Positions 48,416 to 59,488 are shown, counted from the stretch's first letter. The stretch is 64,000 nucleotides of DNA from Dehalococcoidia bacterium (GCA_035574155.1 DATLZD010000021.1:72608-136607); one strand, 5' to 3'. Notes: generated by a model not told the origin, from the sequence alone. Numbers and translations: made by a program.

Positions 48416-49642
48416 ATGGTCACCATCAGGCGTCGCCCTCGGCCGGTCCTGCATGCCGACCTGGACTGCTTCTTCGCCGCTGCCGAGGTGGCCCGTCGCC
48501 CCCAGTTGCGGGGACGGCCGGTGGTGGTGGGGGGCGGGCCCCGGGGCACCGACCGAGGGGTGGTCTGCAGCGCCACCTACGAGGCCCGCGCCTTGGGCGT
48601 GCGCACCGCCATGCCCCTGGCCCAGGCCCGGCGCCTCTGCCCGGAGGCCGTCTTCCTGCCCGCCGACATCGCCTACTACGAGGCCCTCTCCCGCCGCTTC
48701 CACGCCATCCTCCAGGACTACACGCCGGACGTGGAGCCCCTGGGCCTGGACGAGGCCTTCCTGGACCTGACGGGCTGCGAGTCCCTCTTCGGCAGCCCTG
48801 AGCAGGTGGCGCGGGAGGTCCGCCGGCGGGTGCGGGAGGAGCTGTCGCTGGCCTGCTCGGTGGGGGTGGCCTCTTCCAAGGTGGTGGCCAAGGTAGCCTC
48901 GGAGCTCTCCAAGCCCGACGGCCTGCTGGTGGTCCCCCTGGGACAGGAGGAACAGTTCCTGGCCCCCCTGCCCGTGGGTGCCCTGCCCGGCGTGGGCAGG
49001 AAGACAGAGCGCGTCCTGGCGGCCCTGGGAGTGGCCACCGTTGGTGACCTGGCCCGGGTGCCCCGAGACCTGCTGGTGCGCCGCTTCGGCGTGCGTGGGC
49101 ATGTCCTCTGGCTGCATGCCCGCGGCCTGGACCCTGGGCCGGTACGGCCGCCCGTGGCGGCCAAGTCGGTGGGCCGAGAGGTCACCCTGCCCTATGACGT
49201 CTCCTCGGCGGCGGCCGTGAAGGCGGTGCTACGCCTCCATGCCGAGCGCATCGGCGCCGAGCTGCGGGAGCAGGGCCAGAAGGCCCGCTGTCTCACCTTG
49301 AAGCTGCGCTTCGCCGACATGGCTACGACCTCCGCCTCCTTGACCTTGGCCGCACCCACCTACGCCGACCAGCTCCTGTTCGAGGCCGCCTGTCGCCTCC
49401 TGCCGCGCCTGTGGCAGCCGCCCGGCCGACCGGTGCGGTTGGTGGGCCTCAGCGCCTCGCAGCTGGTCCCTGCCTCGCAGCTGCTGCTCCCCCTGGCCGA
49501 GGCCGCCGTCCGCGACCCCATCTGGCGCTGGGAGAGCCTGGCCCGCTGGACCGACTGGCTGCGCCGGCGCCATGGCGAGGGCGTCCTGCAGACCGGGCAC
49601 ACGCGCTTTGCCCCCATCCTGGCCCGCCTGCACGTGCGCTGA
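48416..49642 (+). CDS. dinB: DNA polymerase IV (Y-family)
   Basis: VLHADLDCFFAAAE start and the Y-family palm/fingers/LF pattern. Confidence 0.85.
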   Translation: MVTIRRRPRPVLHADLDCFFAAAEVARRPQLRGRPVVVGGGPRGTDRGVVCSATYEARALGVRTAMPLAQARRLCPEAVFLPADIAYYEALSRRFHAILQDYTPDVEPLGLDEAFLDLTGCESLFGSPEQVAREVRRRVREELSLACSVGVASSKVVAKVASELSKPDGLLVVPLGQEEQFLAPLPVGALPGVGRKTERVLAALGVATVGDLARVPRDLLVRRFGVRGHVLWLHARGLDPGPVRPPVAAKSVGREVTLPYDVSSAAAVKAVLRLHAERIGAELREQGQKARCLTLKLRFADMATTSASLTLAAPTYADQLLFEAACRLLPRLWQPPGRPVRLVGLSASQLVPASQLLLPLAEAAVRDPIWRWESLARWTDWLRRRHGEGVLQTGHTRFAPILARLHVR

Positions 49643-49694
49643 GCCATCGCTGGCCCGCCCCCGTCGTGGGCGTCATAATGGGAAGCGACGTCCT

Positions 49695-50987
49695 ATGTTG
49701 CGCTGGCGGTACCTACAGCGGGCCCTGAGGGTGGCATTCCTGGCGGCCCGCATCTACCTGGGCTATAAGCTCATCTCCTTTCGTCAGCGATGGCTGGGGC
49801 TGGGGCAGGAGCGGGCCGAGGCCTTGCGCCGTGCCCATCACACGGACAGCGCCCATCGCATCTACGACCTGGCCGTCCACCTTCAGGGGCCCACCATCAA
49901 GCTGGCCCAGGTCATCGGCAGCCGGCCCGACCTGGTGCCCGACGAATACGTCCAGGTCCTCTCGCGGCTGCAGGACAGGGTGCCGCCCCGTCCGTATTCC
50001 GTGGTGCGTCAGGTCCTGGAGCGGGAGCTGGGCCGCCCCCAGGAGGTGTTCGCCGAGTTCGACCCGCAGCCCATCGCCGCTGCCACCTGGGCGCAGGTGC
50101 ACCGTGCCCGTCTGCGGGACGGCCGCCAGGTAGCGGTGAAGGTCCAGTACCCCGACCTGGATGGCATCGTCGCCGTGGACCTGGCGACGCTGCGTTTTCT
50201 CCTGTCGGTGCTCAACAGGTTGGAGCGGGGGCTGGACTTCATGCCCATCGTCGACGAGCTGCAGGAGTTCATCCCCCTGGAGCTGGACTTCCGGCAGGAG
50301 GCCGAGAACGCCGAGGCGATGGCCCGCATCTTCGCCGACTGGCCCAACGTAGTGGTGCCAGCCGTGTTCCGGGAGCACACCACCCGCCGTGTGCTGGTGC
50401 TGGAATACGTGGAGGGGACCAAGGTCAGCGATGTGGCAGCCCTGCAGCGGGCCGGCATCGACCCCCAGGAGGTGGCCCAGCTCCTGCTGGAGGTCTACTG
50501 CCACCAGATCCTGGTGCATGGCTTCTTCAATGCCGACCCCCACCCTGGCAACTTCCTGGTCCAGCCCGGCCCCAGGCTGGTGCTGCTGGACTTCGGCCTC
50601 TGTAGGCGGCTGCCACCCGAGTTCCACCGCGGCTACCTGCGGCTGACCAGGGCCATGCTGACGGGGGACACGGGCGAGTTGGTCCAGGCCTTCACCGACC
50701 TGGGCTTCCGCACCCAGCGCTGGGACCCTGCGCTGCTCTTGGCCTTTCGTGAGGCCTTCCTGGCCGGCGCCCGGCCCGGACGCGCCTACGCCGACGGCGA
50801 GCTGGTGGCCGAGGCCAACGCCCGCCTGCTGCGCCTGTTCCGCCAGAACCCCCTGGTGAGTTACCCACGGGAGGTGGTGCTGATAATGCGGGCGGTAGGC
50901 CTCCTGAGCGGCCTCGGCCGTTACCTGGACTCCAGGGCCGACTGGATCGGCCTCACCCTGCGCTACCTCCCGTCGGGTGCAGCATGA
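49695..50987 (+). CDS. ABC1/UbiB-family atypical kinase
   Basis: ADPHPGNF and DFG-like LLDFGL motifs of the ABC1 family. Confidence 0.8.
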   Translation: MLRWRYLQRALRVAFLAARIYLGYKLISFRQRWLGLGQERAEALRRAHHTDSAHRIYDLAVHLQGPTIKLAQVIGSRPDLVPDEYVQVLSRLQDRVPPRPYSVVRQVLERELGRPQEVFAEFDPQPIAAATWAQVHRARLRDGRQVAVKVQYPDLDGIVAVDLATLRFLLSVLNRLERGLDFMPIVDELQEFIPLELDFRQEAENAEAMARIFADWPNVVVPAVFREHTTRRVLVLEYVEGTKVSDVAALQRAGIDPQEVAQLLLEVYCHQILVHGFFNADPHPGNFLVQPGPRLVLLDFGLCRRLPPEFHRGYLRLTRAMLTGDTGELVQAFTDLGFRTQRWDPALLLAFREAFLAGARPGRAYADGELVAEANARLLRLFRQNPLVSYPREVVLIMRAVGLLSGLGRYLDSRADWIGLTLRYLPSGAA

Positions 50988-51086
50988 TGGCCCATCCCCG
51001 CCGCAAGCGACCGACGTCGGACGGATACCACCTGTCCCTGACCGGGGAGCGTGGCGGCGCCCTTTCGATGGGGGCGCTTGTGACGC

Positions 51087-51116
51087 TTGACACGAGCGCC
51101 TACGCGGTTGTAATAT
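51087..51116 (+). promoter_or_regulatory. Sigma-70 promoter TTGACA-18-TAATAT upstream of the MerR-like/hem gene cluster
   Basis: Consensus -35; near-direct repeat CGCTTGTGACG / CGCTTGACACG overlaps the -35 region. Confidence 0.45.
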
Positions 51117-51170
51117 CTCAGATGACGTGGCGACGAAGGATAAATTCTTGAGGATTAGTGAGGTTCTACC

Positions 51171-51830
51171 GTGACGACGAGGACGGCGAGCGAAGCTACC
51201 GAGGCCAGGCCGACGCGCTGGCTGACGCTGGGCGAGGCCTGCAAGCTACTGGGAGTCAACGAGTCCACCCTGCGCCGCTGGGCCGATGCTGGCCATGTCC
51301 GCTCCTTCCGCACCCCTGGCGGCCACCGCCGCTTCTCCGAGGAGGACCTGCGCGCCCTCATCGAGGGCCACACGGCCGAGCGTCGTGCGTCCTACCGCGA
51401 CCTCGGCCAGTTGGCCCTGGCCCGCATACGGCGCCGGCTGCAGAGGGGGCGCGCCCAGGCCGCCGACTGGTATACCAGCCTGCCCGAGACGGCGCGTGAG
51501 CGCCTGCGGCCGCTGGGCCGTCGCCTGGTGGCCCTGGTGTCGGACTACCTGGGCCGCGGCTCCCAGCGGGGCCGTCTGCTGGAGGAGGCACGGGAGGTGG
51601 CCCTGGAGTACGGGCGGGAGCTGAGGGGGGAGGGCGTCCCCCTCAAGGCCGCGCTGGAGGCGTTCGTCTTCTTCCGTCGTGGCCTCACCGACTCGGCGGT
51701 GGAGCTGTGCCAGCGCAACAACCTGTCGGCCGAGGAGGCGGTAGAGGTGTGGGACCTCCTCTCCACCCTGGCCGACCAGGTCCTGCTGGCCCTGGCCGAG
51801 GCCTACTGCCAGGACGGCCAGCAGGGCTAG
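51171..51830 (+). CDS. MerR-superfamily helix-turn-helix DNA-binding protein (putative regulator)
   Basis: N-terminal HTH LTLGEACKLLGVNESTLRRWADAGHV; C-terminal domain unassigned. Confidence 0.6.
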   Translation: MTTRTASEATEARPTRWLTLGEACKLLGVNESTLRRWADAGHVRSFRTPGGHRRFSEEDLRALIEGHTAERRASYRDLGQLALARIRRRLQRGRAQAADWYTSLPETARERLRPLGRRLVALVSDYLGRGSQRGRLLEEAREVALEYGRELRGEGVPLKAALEAFVFFRRGLTDSAVELCQRNNLSAEEAVEVWDLLSTLADQVLLALAEAYCQDGQQG

Positions 51831-51839
51831 GGGGCTGCC

Positions 51840-52493
51840 GTGGGCACGCCCTACTACCCCGTCTACCTCGACCTGCGCGGCCGCCCCGTAGTGGTGATCG
51901 GTGGCGGCAACGTGGCCCTGGGGAAGGTCCGGGGGCTGCTGGAGGCGGGTGCCCGCGTGACCGTCATCAGCCCCGATCTGCACCCCGAGCTGGCCGAGCT
52001 GGCCTCCCGGGGCCAGCTCCACCACCTGCCCCGCGAATACCAGCCGGGTGACCTGGAGGGGTATCTCCTGGCCTTCGTGGCCACCGACGACCGTTCCGTC
52101 AATGCCCAGGTGGCCCGGGAGGGCAAGGAACGTCGGGTCTGGGTCAATGCCGTGGACGACCCGCCCAACTGCGACTTCATCATGCCGGCCATCGTCCGCA
52201 AGGGGAACATCACCATCGCCATCTCCACCGGAGGGGGTAGCCCCGCCGCTGCCCGCAAGCTGCGGGAGGAGCTGGAGCGCATGCTGGGCGATGAGTATGC
52301 CCTCATGCTGGACGTGGCCAGCGAGGTGCGACAGGAGCTGCGCGCCCGTGGCATCATGCCCGACCCCGAGACCTGGAACCGGGCCTTGGACGAGACCCTC
52401 CTCTCCCTCCTGAGGGAGGGACGAAGGGGGGAGGCCAAAGAGCGCCTGCGCCGCTCATTGCTATCGGCGGCGGAGGCGGTCCATGAGAGCTAA
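51840..52493 (+). CDS. sirC: Precorrin-2 dehydrogenase / sirohydrochlorin ferrochelatase-like (SirC/CysG-N)
   Basis: Rossmann motif VVVIGGGNVA plus the CysG N-terminal domain pattern. Confidence 0.75.
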   Translation: MGTPYYPVYLDLRGRPVVVIGGGNVALGKVRGLLEAGARVTVISPDLHPELAELASRGQLHHLPREYQPGDLEGYLLAFVATDDRSVNAQVAREGKERRVWVNAVDDPPNCDFIMPAIVRKGNITIAISTGGGSPAAARKLREELERMLGDEYALMLDVASEVRQELRARGIMPDPETWNRALDETLLSLLREGRRGEAKERLRRSLLSAAEAVHES

Positions 52494-53751
52494 GGCGCCC
52501 CTCATCGCCCTGGCCGGCATAAGCCACCACACCGCCCCGGTGGAGGAGCGGGAGGCGTTGGCCTTCGCCCCCCACGAGCTCCCTGCCGCCCTGGCACAGT
52601 TGCGGCACGAGCTGGGGGCCGCCGTCGTCCTCTCCACCTGCAACCGCACCGAGCTCTACACCACTGTTGGGGCCGCCGAGGACGCCTGCCGTCTTGTGCC
52701 CCTCCTCCTTCGGCTGCGGCACGCCCGGGTGGACCCCTCCCGGTTCTATGTCCTGACTGGGCTGGAGGCAGTCCGCCATCTCTACCGCGTGGCAGCCGGT
52801 CTGGACTCGATGGTGGTGGGCGAGAGCCAGATCCAGGGGCAGGTGAGGGACGCCTTCTCGCTGGCCACCGACGCCAACTGCGTCAACGGCGTCCTCTCGC
52901 GCCTCTTTCACACAGCCCTGGCGGTGGGGAAGCGTGCCCGACGCGAGACATCCATCGGCCGCTGGGCGGCATCGGTGGGGAGCGCCGCCGTGGCCCTGGC
53001 CCGGCAGGTGCTGGCGGGACTGGAGGGGCGCACGGTCCTGGTGGTCAGCGCCGGCGCCACCGGGAAGCTGGCCGCCCGCGCCCTGGCCGAGGCCGGCACG
53101 ATCCGCGTCCTGGTCACCAACCGCACCTTTGCCAGGGCAGTGGAGGTGGCCCGGGCCCTGGGCGGGGAGCCTGTCCCCTTCTCCCAGCTTTCGGACGCGC
53201 TGGCCCAGGCGGACATCGTCATCAGCGCCACCGGTGCCCAGGGCTTCGTGTTGGGGCCCCAGCAGGTGGCCCCCGCCCTGGAACGGCGGGACGGTCGTCC
53301 CCTGGTGTTCATCGACCTGGCCGTGCCGCGGGACGTGGACCCGGCCGTAGCCGATCTGCCGGGGGTCCACCTATACGACATTGACGACCTGCAGGAGGTG
53401 GCAACCCCCCAGAGCACACACCTGCGCGACCTGCGGCGGGCGGAGGCCATCGTGGAGGAGGAGGTGGCCCGCTTTCAGGAGTGGTGGCAGTCGCTGGACG
53501 TGGTGCCCATCATCGCCGCCCTACGGCAGCGGGCCGAGGAGATAAGGCGCAGGGAGCTAGAGCGGACCCTTAGACGCCTCCCCGACCTATCGCCTGAGGA
53601 CCGCCAGCGCATCGAGGCCATGACGGCGGCCATCGTCAACAAGCTGCTGCACCGTCCCATCGCCCGCCTCAAGGACGGGGCCGACATCGCCCTCTACCGC
53701 GAGGTCCTGTCGGACCTGTTCGGCCTCCCGCCCGAGCAGCCCAGAAAGTGA
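52483..53751 (+). CDS. hemA: Glutamyl-tRNA reductase
   Basis: HemA family with catalytic Cys in LSTCNRTE and the NADPH domain. Confidence 0.9.
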   Translation: MRAKAPLIALAGISHHTAPVEEREALAFAPHELPAALAQLRHELGAAVVLSTCNRTELYTTVGAAEDACRLVPLLLRLRHARVDPSRFYVLTGLEAVRHLYRVAAGLDSMVVGESQIQGQVRDAFSLATDANCVNGVLSRLFHTALAVGKRARRETSIGRWAASVGSAAVALARQVLAGLEGRTVLVVSAGATGKLAARALAEAGTIRVLVTNRTFARAVEVARALGGEPVPFSQLSDALAQADIVISATGAQGFVLGPQQVAPALERRDGRPLVFIDLAVPRDVDPAVADLPGVHLYDIDDLQEVATPQSTHLRDLRRAEAIVEEEVARFQEWWQSLDVVPIIAALRQRAEEIRRRELERTLRRLPDLSPEDRQRIEAMTAAIVNKLLHRPIARLKDGADIALYREVLSDLFGLPPEQPRK

Positions 53752-53752
53752 G

Positions 53753-54685
53753 GTGCCCGCGTTGGCGGGTCGCACCTTCCGCGTCGGCACCCGAGGCTCA
53801 CGCCTGGCCCTCGCCCAGACAGAGCTTGCCCTGGCAGCGCTGCGTTCCGTCCGCCCCGACATCTCCTTCCAGGTGACGGTGGTCCGCACGCGGGGCGACC
53901 GGGACCAGCACACCCCCCTCTCCCGCCTGGGGGGCCGCGGCGTCTTCGTGGCCGAGCTGGAGCAGGCCCTGTTACGGGGGGAGGTGGACATCGCCGTCCA
54001 CAGCCTCAAAGACCTGCCCTCGCGGCCCGCCCCTGGACTGGTCATCGCCGCCGTCCCCCTGCGGGACGACCCCCGCGACTGCCTGGTCTCCCGCCAAGGC
54101 CTTACCCTGGACTCTCTCCCGCCGGGGGCCGCGGTGGGCACGGGCAGCCCCCGCCGGGCCGCCCAGCTCCGTGCCCTGCGCCCCGACCTGACGGTGGCCG
54201 AGATCCGCGGCAACGTGGACACCCGCGTGCGTAAGGTGATGGAGGGGGAATACGACGCCGCCGTGCTGGCCCTGGCCGGCCTGCGCCGCCTGGGGCTGGC
54301 CGACAGCTCTGTCCACCCCCTGGAGCCCGAGACGATGCTGCCCGCCCCCGGCCAGGGGGCCATCGCCCTGGAGGTCCGGGGGGACGATGCTGAGGCCCTG
54401 GCCCTTTGCCGCGCCGTTGATGACCCTGTCGTCCATGCCTGTGTGACAGCCGAGAGGGCCTTCGAGGCCCAGTTCGGCGGCGGCTGCAGCGCCGTGGTGG
54501 CCGCCCTGGCCGTGGCCCAGGGCGAGACCATTTGGCTGCGGGGCCTGGCCGCCGCTGCCGAGGGCATGGCCTTCTTTCGCGGCGAGGCCCGCGGTCCCCT
54601 GGCCGAAGCGGAGGCGGTAGGCCGCGGCCTGGCCCATGAGCTGCTGCGACGGGCGGCCGGGGCCCTGCAGGCGCGGGAGGCATGA
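53753..54685 (+). CDS. hemC: Hydroxymethylbilane synthase (porphobilinogen deaminase)
   Basis: FRVGTRGSRLALAQT N-terminus is typical of HemC; GTG start. Confidence 0.9.
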   Translation: MPALAGRTFRVGTRGSRLALAQTELALAALRSVRPDISFQVTVVRTRGDRDQHTPLSRLGGRGVFVAELEQALLRGEVDIAVHSLKDLPSRPAPGLVIAAVPLRDDPRDCLVSRQGLTLDSLPPGAAVGTGSPRRAAQLRALRPDLTVAEIRGNVDTRVRKVMEGEYDAAVLALAGLRRLGLADSSVHPLEPETMLPAPGQGAIALEVRGDDAEALALCRAVDDPVVHACVTAERAFEAQFGGGCSAVVAALAVAQGETIWLRGLAAAAEGMAFFRGEARGPLAEAEAVGRGLAHELLRRAAGALQAREA

Positions 54686-56238
54686 CAGTGGGCGAGGCCA
54701 GCGGCAAGGTCTGGCTGGTTGGGGCGGGCCCCGGCGACCCTGGCCTCATCACCGTGGCCGGCCTGGAGGCCCTGCGCCAGGCCGACGTGGTGGTCTACGA
54801 CCGGCTGGTCTCGCCCCTCCTCCTCACCCACGCCCGTCCCGACGCCGAGCTGCTGTTCGTCGGCAAGGAGGGAGGAGGCGAGTCCTTCCCCCAGCGCGAT
54901 ATCGAGCGCCTGCTGGTGGAGAAGGCGCGACAGGGGAAGCGAGTGGTGAGGCTCAAGGGGGGCGACCCCTTCGTCTTTGGTCGGGGCGGTGAGGAATGTC
55001 TCGCCCTGGCCGAGGCCGGCGTCCCCTTCGAGGTGGTGCCCGGCGTCACCTCGGCCGTGGCTGCCCCCGCCTACGCCGGCATACCCGTAACCCACCGGGG
55101 CCTGTCCTCATCACTGGCCATCGTCACCGGCCACGAGGACGCCGCCAAGGCCGGGTCATCCCTGCGCTGGGACCGGCTCGCTACGGCCGCCGACACCCTG
55201 GTGGTCCTGATGGGGACCCGGACGCTGTCAGAACTGGTGGAGAGACTCCTGGCCCATGGCCGCCCGGCCGACACCCCGGTGGCGGTGGTGCGCTGGGGCA
55301 CTACGCCCGAGCAGGAGGTAGTGACGGGGACCCTGGCCGATATCGTGCCCAGGGTGGAGAAGGCAGGCCTGAGGCCTCCCACCGTGGTCGTGGTCGGCCA
55401 GGTGGTCCGCCTGCGCCAGCGCCTGCTGTGGTTCGAGCGTCGGCCCCTCTTCGGACGGCGGGTGCTGGTGACCCGCGCCCGACACCAGGCGGGGGAACTC
55501 TCGCGCATGCTGCTGGAGGCGGGCGCTTTACCTGTCGAGGTCCCGGTCATAGAGATCGAGCCGCTCGATGAGGGACCGGCGGCGGCCAAGGCCCTGGACG
55601 GCCTGGCCCGGGGGGACTATCGCTGGCTACTGTTCACCAGCGCCAACGCTGTGGACCACTTCTTCCGGCTGCTGGAGGCCCGTGGCCGCGACGCCCGTGC
55701 CCTGGCCGGAGTGCGGGTAGCGGCCATCGGCCCCGGCACGGCCCAGGCCCTGCATGCCCGCGGCATACGCCCCGACCTGCTGCCGCGGGAGTTCGTCGCC
55801 GAGGGGTTGGCAGCGGCCCTCTCGCCCCACCTACGCCCCGGCGACGGCGTCCTGCTCCCCCGGGCCGAGGAGGCCCGCCCAGCCCTGGTGGAGGCGCTGG
55901 CGGCCGTCGGCGCCAGGGTGGACATCCTCCCCCTCTACCGGACCCGCCTGCCCAAGGACGTCCCCCGAGGGGCCATCGAGATGCTGCGTCAGGGGGAGAT
56001 AGACGCCGTGGCCTTCACGGCCTCCTCCACGGTCCGCAACCTGGCAGCCCTCCTGGGCGAGGACGTGGGCCGACTCCAGCGGGTCACCATCGCCTGCATC
56101 GGCCCCATCACGGCGCGCGCCGTGCGGGAGGTCCTGGGCCGCTCCCCGGACGTGGTGGCCCAAGAGTATACTATGGCAGGACTGGTGGAGGCCCTCTGCC
56201 GCCAATTGGGGCCTGCCCGTGCCCCGGAAGGGAGCTGA
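54682..56238 (+). CDS. cobA: Uroporphyrinogen-III C-methyltransferase / uroporphyrinogen-III synthase fusion
   Basis: N-terminal SUMT motif [15 protein letters not shown] plus a C-terminal HemD domain. Confidence 0.85.
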   Translation: MTVGEASGKVWLVGAGPGDPGLITVAGLEALRQADVVVYDRLVSPLLLTHARPDAELLFVGKEGGGESFPQRDIERLLVEKARQGKRVVRLKGGDPFVFGRGGEECLALAEAGVPFEVVPGVTSAVAAPAYAGIPVTHRGLSSSLAIVTGHEDAAKAGSSLRWDRLATAADTLVVLMGTRTLSELVERLLAHGRPADTPVAVVRWGTTPEQEVVTGTLADIVPRVEKAGLRPPTVVVVGQVVRLRQRLLWFERRPLFGRRVLVTRARHQAGELSRMLLEAGALPVEVPVIEIEPLDEGPAAAKALDGLARGDYRWLLFTSANAVDHFFRLLEARGRDARALAGVRVAAIGPGTAQALHARGIRPDLLPREFVAEGLAAALSPHLRPGDGVLLPRAEEARPALVEALAAVGARVDILPLYRTRLPKDVPRGAIEMLRQGEIDAVAFTASSTVRNLAALLGEDVGRLQRVTIACIGPITARAVREVLGRSPDVVAQEYTMAGLVEALCRQLGPARAPEGS

Positions 56239-56243
56239 GAGCC

Positions 56244-57233
56244 GTGACCACACGGACAGCCGTCGAGGCCTTCCGACGCTTCCGTCGCCTGCGCCGCAGC
56301 GAGGCCCTGCGCGCCCTGGTCCGGGAGACGTCCCTGGAGCCAGGACGCTTCGTGTACCCCATCTTCGTGGCCCACGGCCGTGGCCTGCGGGAGGAGATAA
56401 GCTCCATGCCCGGCCAGTTCCGCCTCTCGCCGGACCTGTTGGCCGCCGAGGCTAAGGAGCTGCGCTCCCTGGGCATCGGGGCCGTCATCCTCTTCGGCAT
56501 CCCCAGGGCCAAGGACGACGTGGGGTCCGAGGCCTACGCGCCCGACGGCATCGTGCAGCGGGCCATCCGCGCGCTGAAGGACGCCGACCCCGACCTGGTG
56601 GTCATCACCGACGTCTGCCTGTGCGAGTACACCGAGCACGGGCACTGTGGGGTGGTGGTGGACGGGGAGGTGGACAACGACCGCACCCTGCCCCTCCTGG
56701 CCCGCATGGCCCTTTCCCACGCCGAGGCGGGGGCTGACATGGTAGCCCCTTCGGACATGATGGACGGGCGGGTAGCGGCCATCCGCCGCGCCCTGGACGA
56801 GGCGGGCTACGGGCATGTCCCCATCATGGCCTATTCAGCCAAGGCGGCCTCGGCCTTCTACGGCCCCTTCCGCGAGGCCGCCGAGTCGGCCCCCCAGTTC
56901 GGCGACCGCCGCGGCTACCAGATGGACCCGGCCAACGCCCGCGAGGCCCTGCGCGAGATAGAGGCCGATATCGCCGAGGGTGCCGACATAGTCATGGTCA
57001 AGCCCGCCCTGCCCAACCTGGACATCATCGCCCGTGCCCGCCAGCGCTTCGACCTGCCCATCGCCGCCTACAACGTGAGCGGCGAGTATGCCATGGTCAA
57101 GGCCGCGGCGCGGCTGGGATGGCTGGACGAACGGCGCATCACCCTGGAGGTCCTGACAGCCATCCGCCGGGCCGGCGCTGACATCATCATCACCTATCAC
57201 GCCAAGGAGGCAGCCCGCTGGTTGGCGGGCTGA
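56244..57233 (+). CDS. hemB: Porphobilinogen synthase (delta-aminolevulinate dehydratase)
   Basis: ALAD TIM-barrel pattern with active-site lysines in context; GTG start. Confidence 0.9.
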   Translation: MTTRTAVEAFRRFRRLRRSEALRALVRETSLEPGRFVYPIFVAHGRGLREEISSMPGQFRLSPDLLAAEAKELRSLGIGAVILFGIPRAKDDVGSEAYAPDGIVQRAIRALKDADPDLVVITDVCLCEYTEHGHCGVVVDGEVDNDRTLPLLARMALSHAEAGADMVAPSDMMDGRVAAIRRALDEAGYGHVPIMAYSAKAASAFYGPFREAAESAPQFGDRRGYQMDPANAREALREIEADIAEGADIVMVKPALPNLDIIARARQRFDLPIAAYNVSGEYAMVKAAARLGWLDERRITLEVLTAIRRAGADIIITYHAKEAARWLAG

Positions 57234-57248
57234 TGCTCCCCCTGGGCC

Positions 57249-57989
57249 ATGCCCACGGCTAGGGCCTCGCGCCGGCGCCTGCCCATCCTGGAGGGCGTCG
57301 AGGCCGTGGCCTTCGACGGCTACGGCACCATCTTCGACTACTCAGAGGCCGACTTCATCGCTACCTTCGCTGAGCTGCTGGCCCTGCAGGCGCTCGAGGC
57401 CGATGCCGCCTCGCTGTGGCGGCACTTCCTCCAGGCCGCCCGCCGCCTGCGCAGCGAGAACCACCGGCAGCCCGCCTACCTCCGCTTCTCGGAGGCGTGG
57501 GCGCGCCAGTTCGAGGAGTCCTTCCGCCGCCTGGGGCTGCGGGGCGATGCGCAGGCGGCCGCCCTCTTCCTGCGGGACCGACTGGCCCAGGCCTCGGTCC
57601 ACCCCGAGGTGCCCCAGGTCCTGGCGGCGCTGGCACCCCGCTACCGCCTCGCCCTCCTCTCCAACGCCGACGACGACTTCCTGCTAGCGGCGCTGGAGCG
57701 CAACGGTCTGCACTTCGACGTCATCGTCACTTCCGAGCGGGCGGGGGCACTGAAGCCGGACCCGCGCATATTCCGGGCCCTGCTGGACAGGCTGGGACTG
57801 CCGCCCGCTGCCGTCCTCTACGTGGGCGATAACCCCTTGCCCGACGTCCTGGGGGCACGTCGAGCAGGCCTGCGGGTGGCCTGGTTGGACCGGGAGGGCA
57901 GGCGACGCCCCCGGGGTGTGCCCGCACCCGACCTGAAGGTCCGTTCCCTGCGGGAGCTGCTGCCCGCCCTGGGGTTGGGGCATGGCTGA
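57249..57989 (+). CDS. HAD-superfamily hydrolase (haloacid dehalogenase-like phosphatase)
   Basis: Motif [10 protein letters not shown] and motif IV-like VGDNPLPD. Confidence 0.7.
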   Translation: MPTARASRRRLPILEGVEAVAFDGYGTIFDYSEADFIATFAELLALQALEADAASLWRHFLQAARRLRSENHRQPAYLRFSEAWARQFEESFRRLGLRGDAQAAALFLRDRLAQASVHPEVPQVLAALAPRYRLALLSNADDDFLLAALERNGLHFDVIVTSERAGALKPDPRIFRALLDRLGLPPAAVLYVGDNPLPDVLGARRAGLRVAWLDREGRRRPRGVPAPDLKVRSLRELLPALGLGHG

Positions 57990-59262
57990 GGGGAACCGCC
58001 TCCTGATGGAGCGGGCACGAGGGCTGATGCCAGGGGGCGTTTCCAGCCCGGCCCGCTCCTTCAGGGCCGTCGCTGCCGAGCCCATCGTGGCCACGCGTGC
58101 CTCCGGTCCCCGGCTGTGGGACGCCGACGGCCGCAGCTACATAGACTACCTGATGGCCTTCGGGCCCCTCATACTCGGCCACGCCCATCCCCAAGTGGTG
58201 GCGGCGGTGCAGGAGGCAGCGACCCTTGGCACGGCTTACGGCCTCACCAACGGGCTGGAGGTCGAGCTGGCATCGCTGCTGCGGGAGGCCCTGCCCTCGC
58301 TGGAGATGGTCCGCTTCGTCAACTCGGGCACCGAGGCCACCATGTCGGCCCTCCGTCTGGCCCGTGCCTATACCGGCCGCAGCAAGGTGGTCAAGTTCGA
58401 GGGGTGTTACCACGGTCACGCCGACGGCCTGCTGGCCCGGGCCGGGTCTGGGGCCGCCACCCTGTCCCTCCCCGACAGCCCAGGGGTGCCGCCGTCCTAC
58501 GCCGCCGAGACCATCGTCCTCCCCTACAACGACCTGGCGGCGGTGTCCCAGGCCTTCCAGCAGCAGGGGGAGCAGATAGCGGCGGTCATAGTGGAGCCGG
58601 TGGCAGCCAACATGGGCGTGGTCCCGCCGGAGCCAGGCTTCCTGGAGGGGCTGCGGCAGGTCACCCAGCGCTACGGTGCGCTGCTGGTGTTCGACGAGGT
58701 GGTGACGGGCTTCCGCCTCTGTTACGGAGGCGCCCAGACCATCTACGGCGTCACCCCGGACCTGACCTGTTTGGGGAAGATCATAGGCGGCGGCCTGCCG
58801 GTGGGCGCCTACGGCGGCCGCCGCGAGATCATGGAGATGGTAGCCCCGCTGGGGCCCGTTTACCAGGCGGGGACGCTGGCCGGCAACCCCCTGGCCATGG
58901 CTGCCGGCGTCGCCACCCTGCGCTTGCTGCGGGAGGAAGGCACCTATCGCCGCCTGGAGGAACTCTCGGCCCGCCTGGAGGCGGGCCTGGCCGCTGCCCT
59001 AGCCGAGCTGGGAGTGACGGCCACCGTGCAGAGGGCCGGGTCCATGCTGACGCTGTTCTTCGCACCGGGGCCCGTCCGCGACTACGCCTCGGCGCGGCAG
59101 GCCGACACGGGCCTCTTTGCCCGCTTCTTCGCCGCCATGCTGGAGCAGGGGGTACTGCTGCCCCCTTCCCAGTTCGAGGCCTGGTTCGTCTCGCTGGCCC
59201 ACAGCGAGGACGACATCGAGGCCACGTTGGCGGCAGCACGACGTGCCCTCGCCAATCTCTAG
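57982..59262 (+). CDS. hemL: Glutamate-1-semialdehyde 2,1-aminomutase
   Basis: Class III aminotransferase with lysine motif in [15 protein letters not shown]. Confidence 0.9.
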   Translation: MAEGNRLLMERARGLMPGGVSSPARSFRAVAAEPIVATRASGPRLWDADGRSYIDYLMAFGPLILGHAHPQVVAAVQEAATLGTAYGLTNGLEVELASLLREALPSLEMVRFVNSGTEATMSALRLARAYTGRSKVVKFEGCYHGHADGLLARAGSGAATLSLPDSPGVPPSYAAETIVLPYNDLAAVSQAFQQQGEQIAAVIVEPVAANMGVVPPEPGFLEGLRQVTQRYGALLVFDEVVTGFRLCYGGAQTIYGVTPDLTCLGKIIGGGLPVGAYGGRREIMEMVAPLGPVYQAGTLAGNPLAMAAGVATLRLLREEGTYRRLEELSARLEAGLAAALAELGVTATVQRAGSMLTLFFAPGPVRDYASARQADTGLFARFFAAMLEQGVLLPPSQFEAWFVSLAHSEDDIEATLAAARRALANL

Positions 59263-59339
59263 CTGGGGAAGGGAGGGCGAGCACCGGGACACCTCCCCTG
59301 GCATCGGCGAGGCAGGACGCTAAAGTAAAATAGACGGGC

Positions 59340-59436
59340 GGGAGTGGCAGGGGCCCGGTGGCCCTCCCGGTCTTCAAAACCGTGGCGGGGCGGCGTGCCC
59401 GTCCCGGGTGGGTTCGACTCCCATACACTCCCGCCA
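59340..59436 (+). tRNA. selC: tRNA-Sec (selC), anticodon UCA
   Basis: ~97 nt with encoded CCA; anticodon loop cTTCAaa; 8-bp acceptor GGGAGTGG/ACACTCCC (one mismatch); 6-bp D-stem GGGGCC/GGCCCT with a 4-nt loop; long variable arm; T-loop GGTTCGACTCC. Confidence 0.7.
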
Positions 59437-59488
59437 GGTCCCTCTGGTAAGATGGTCCTGGTGCCGGCCTTCGCCCGCCCCACCCGTC

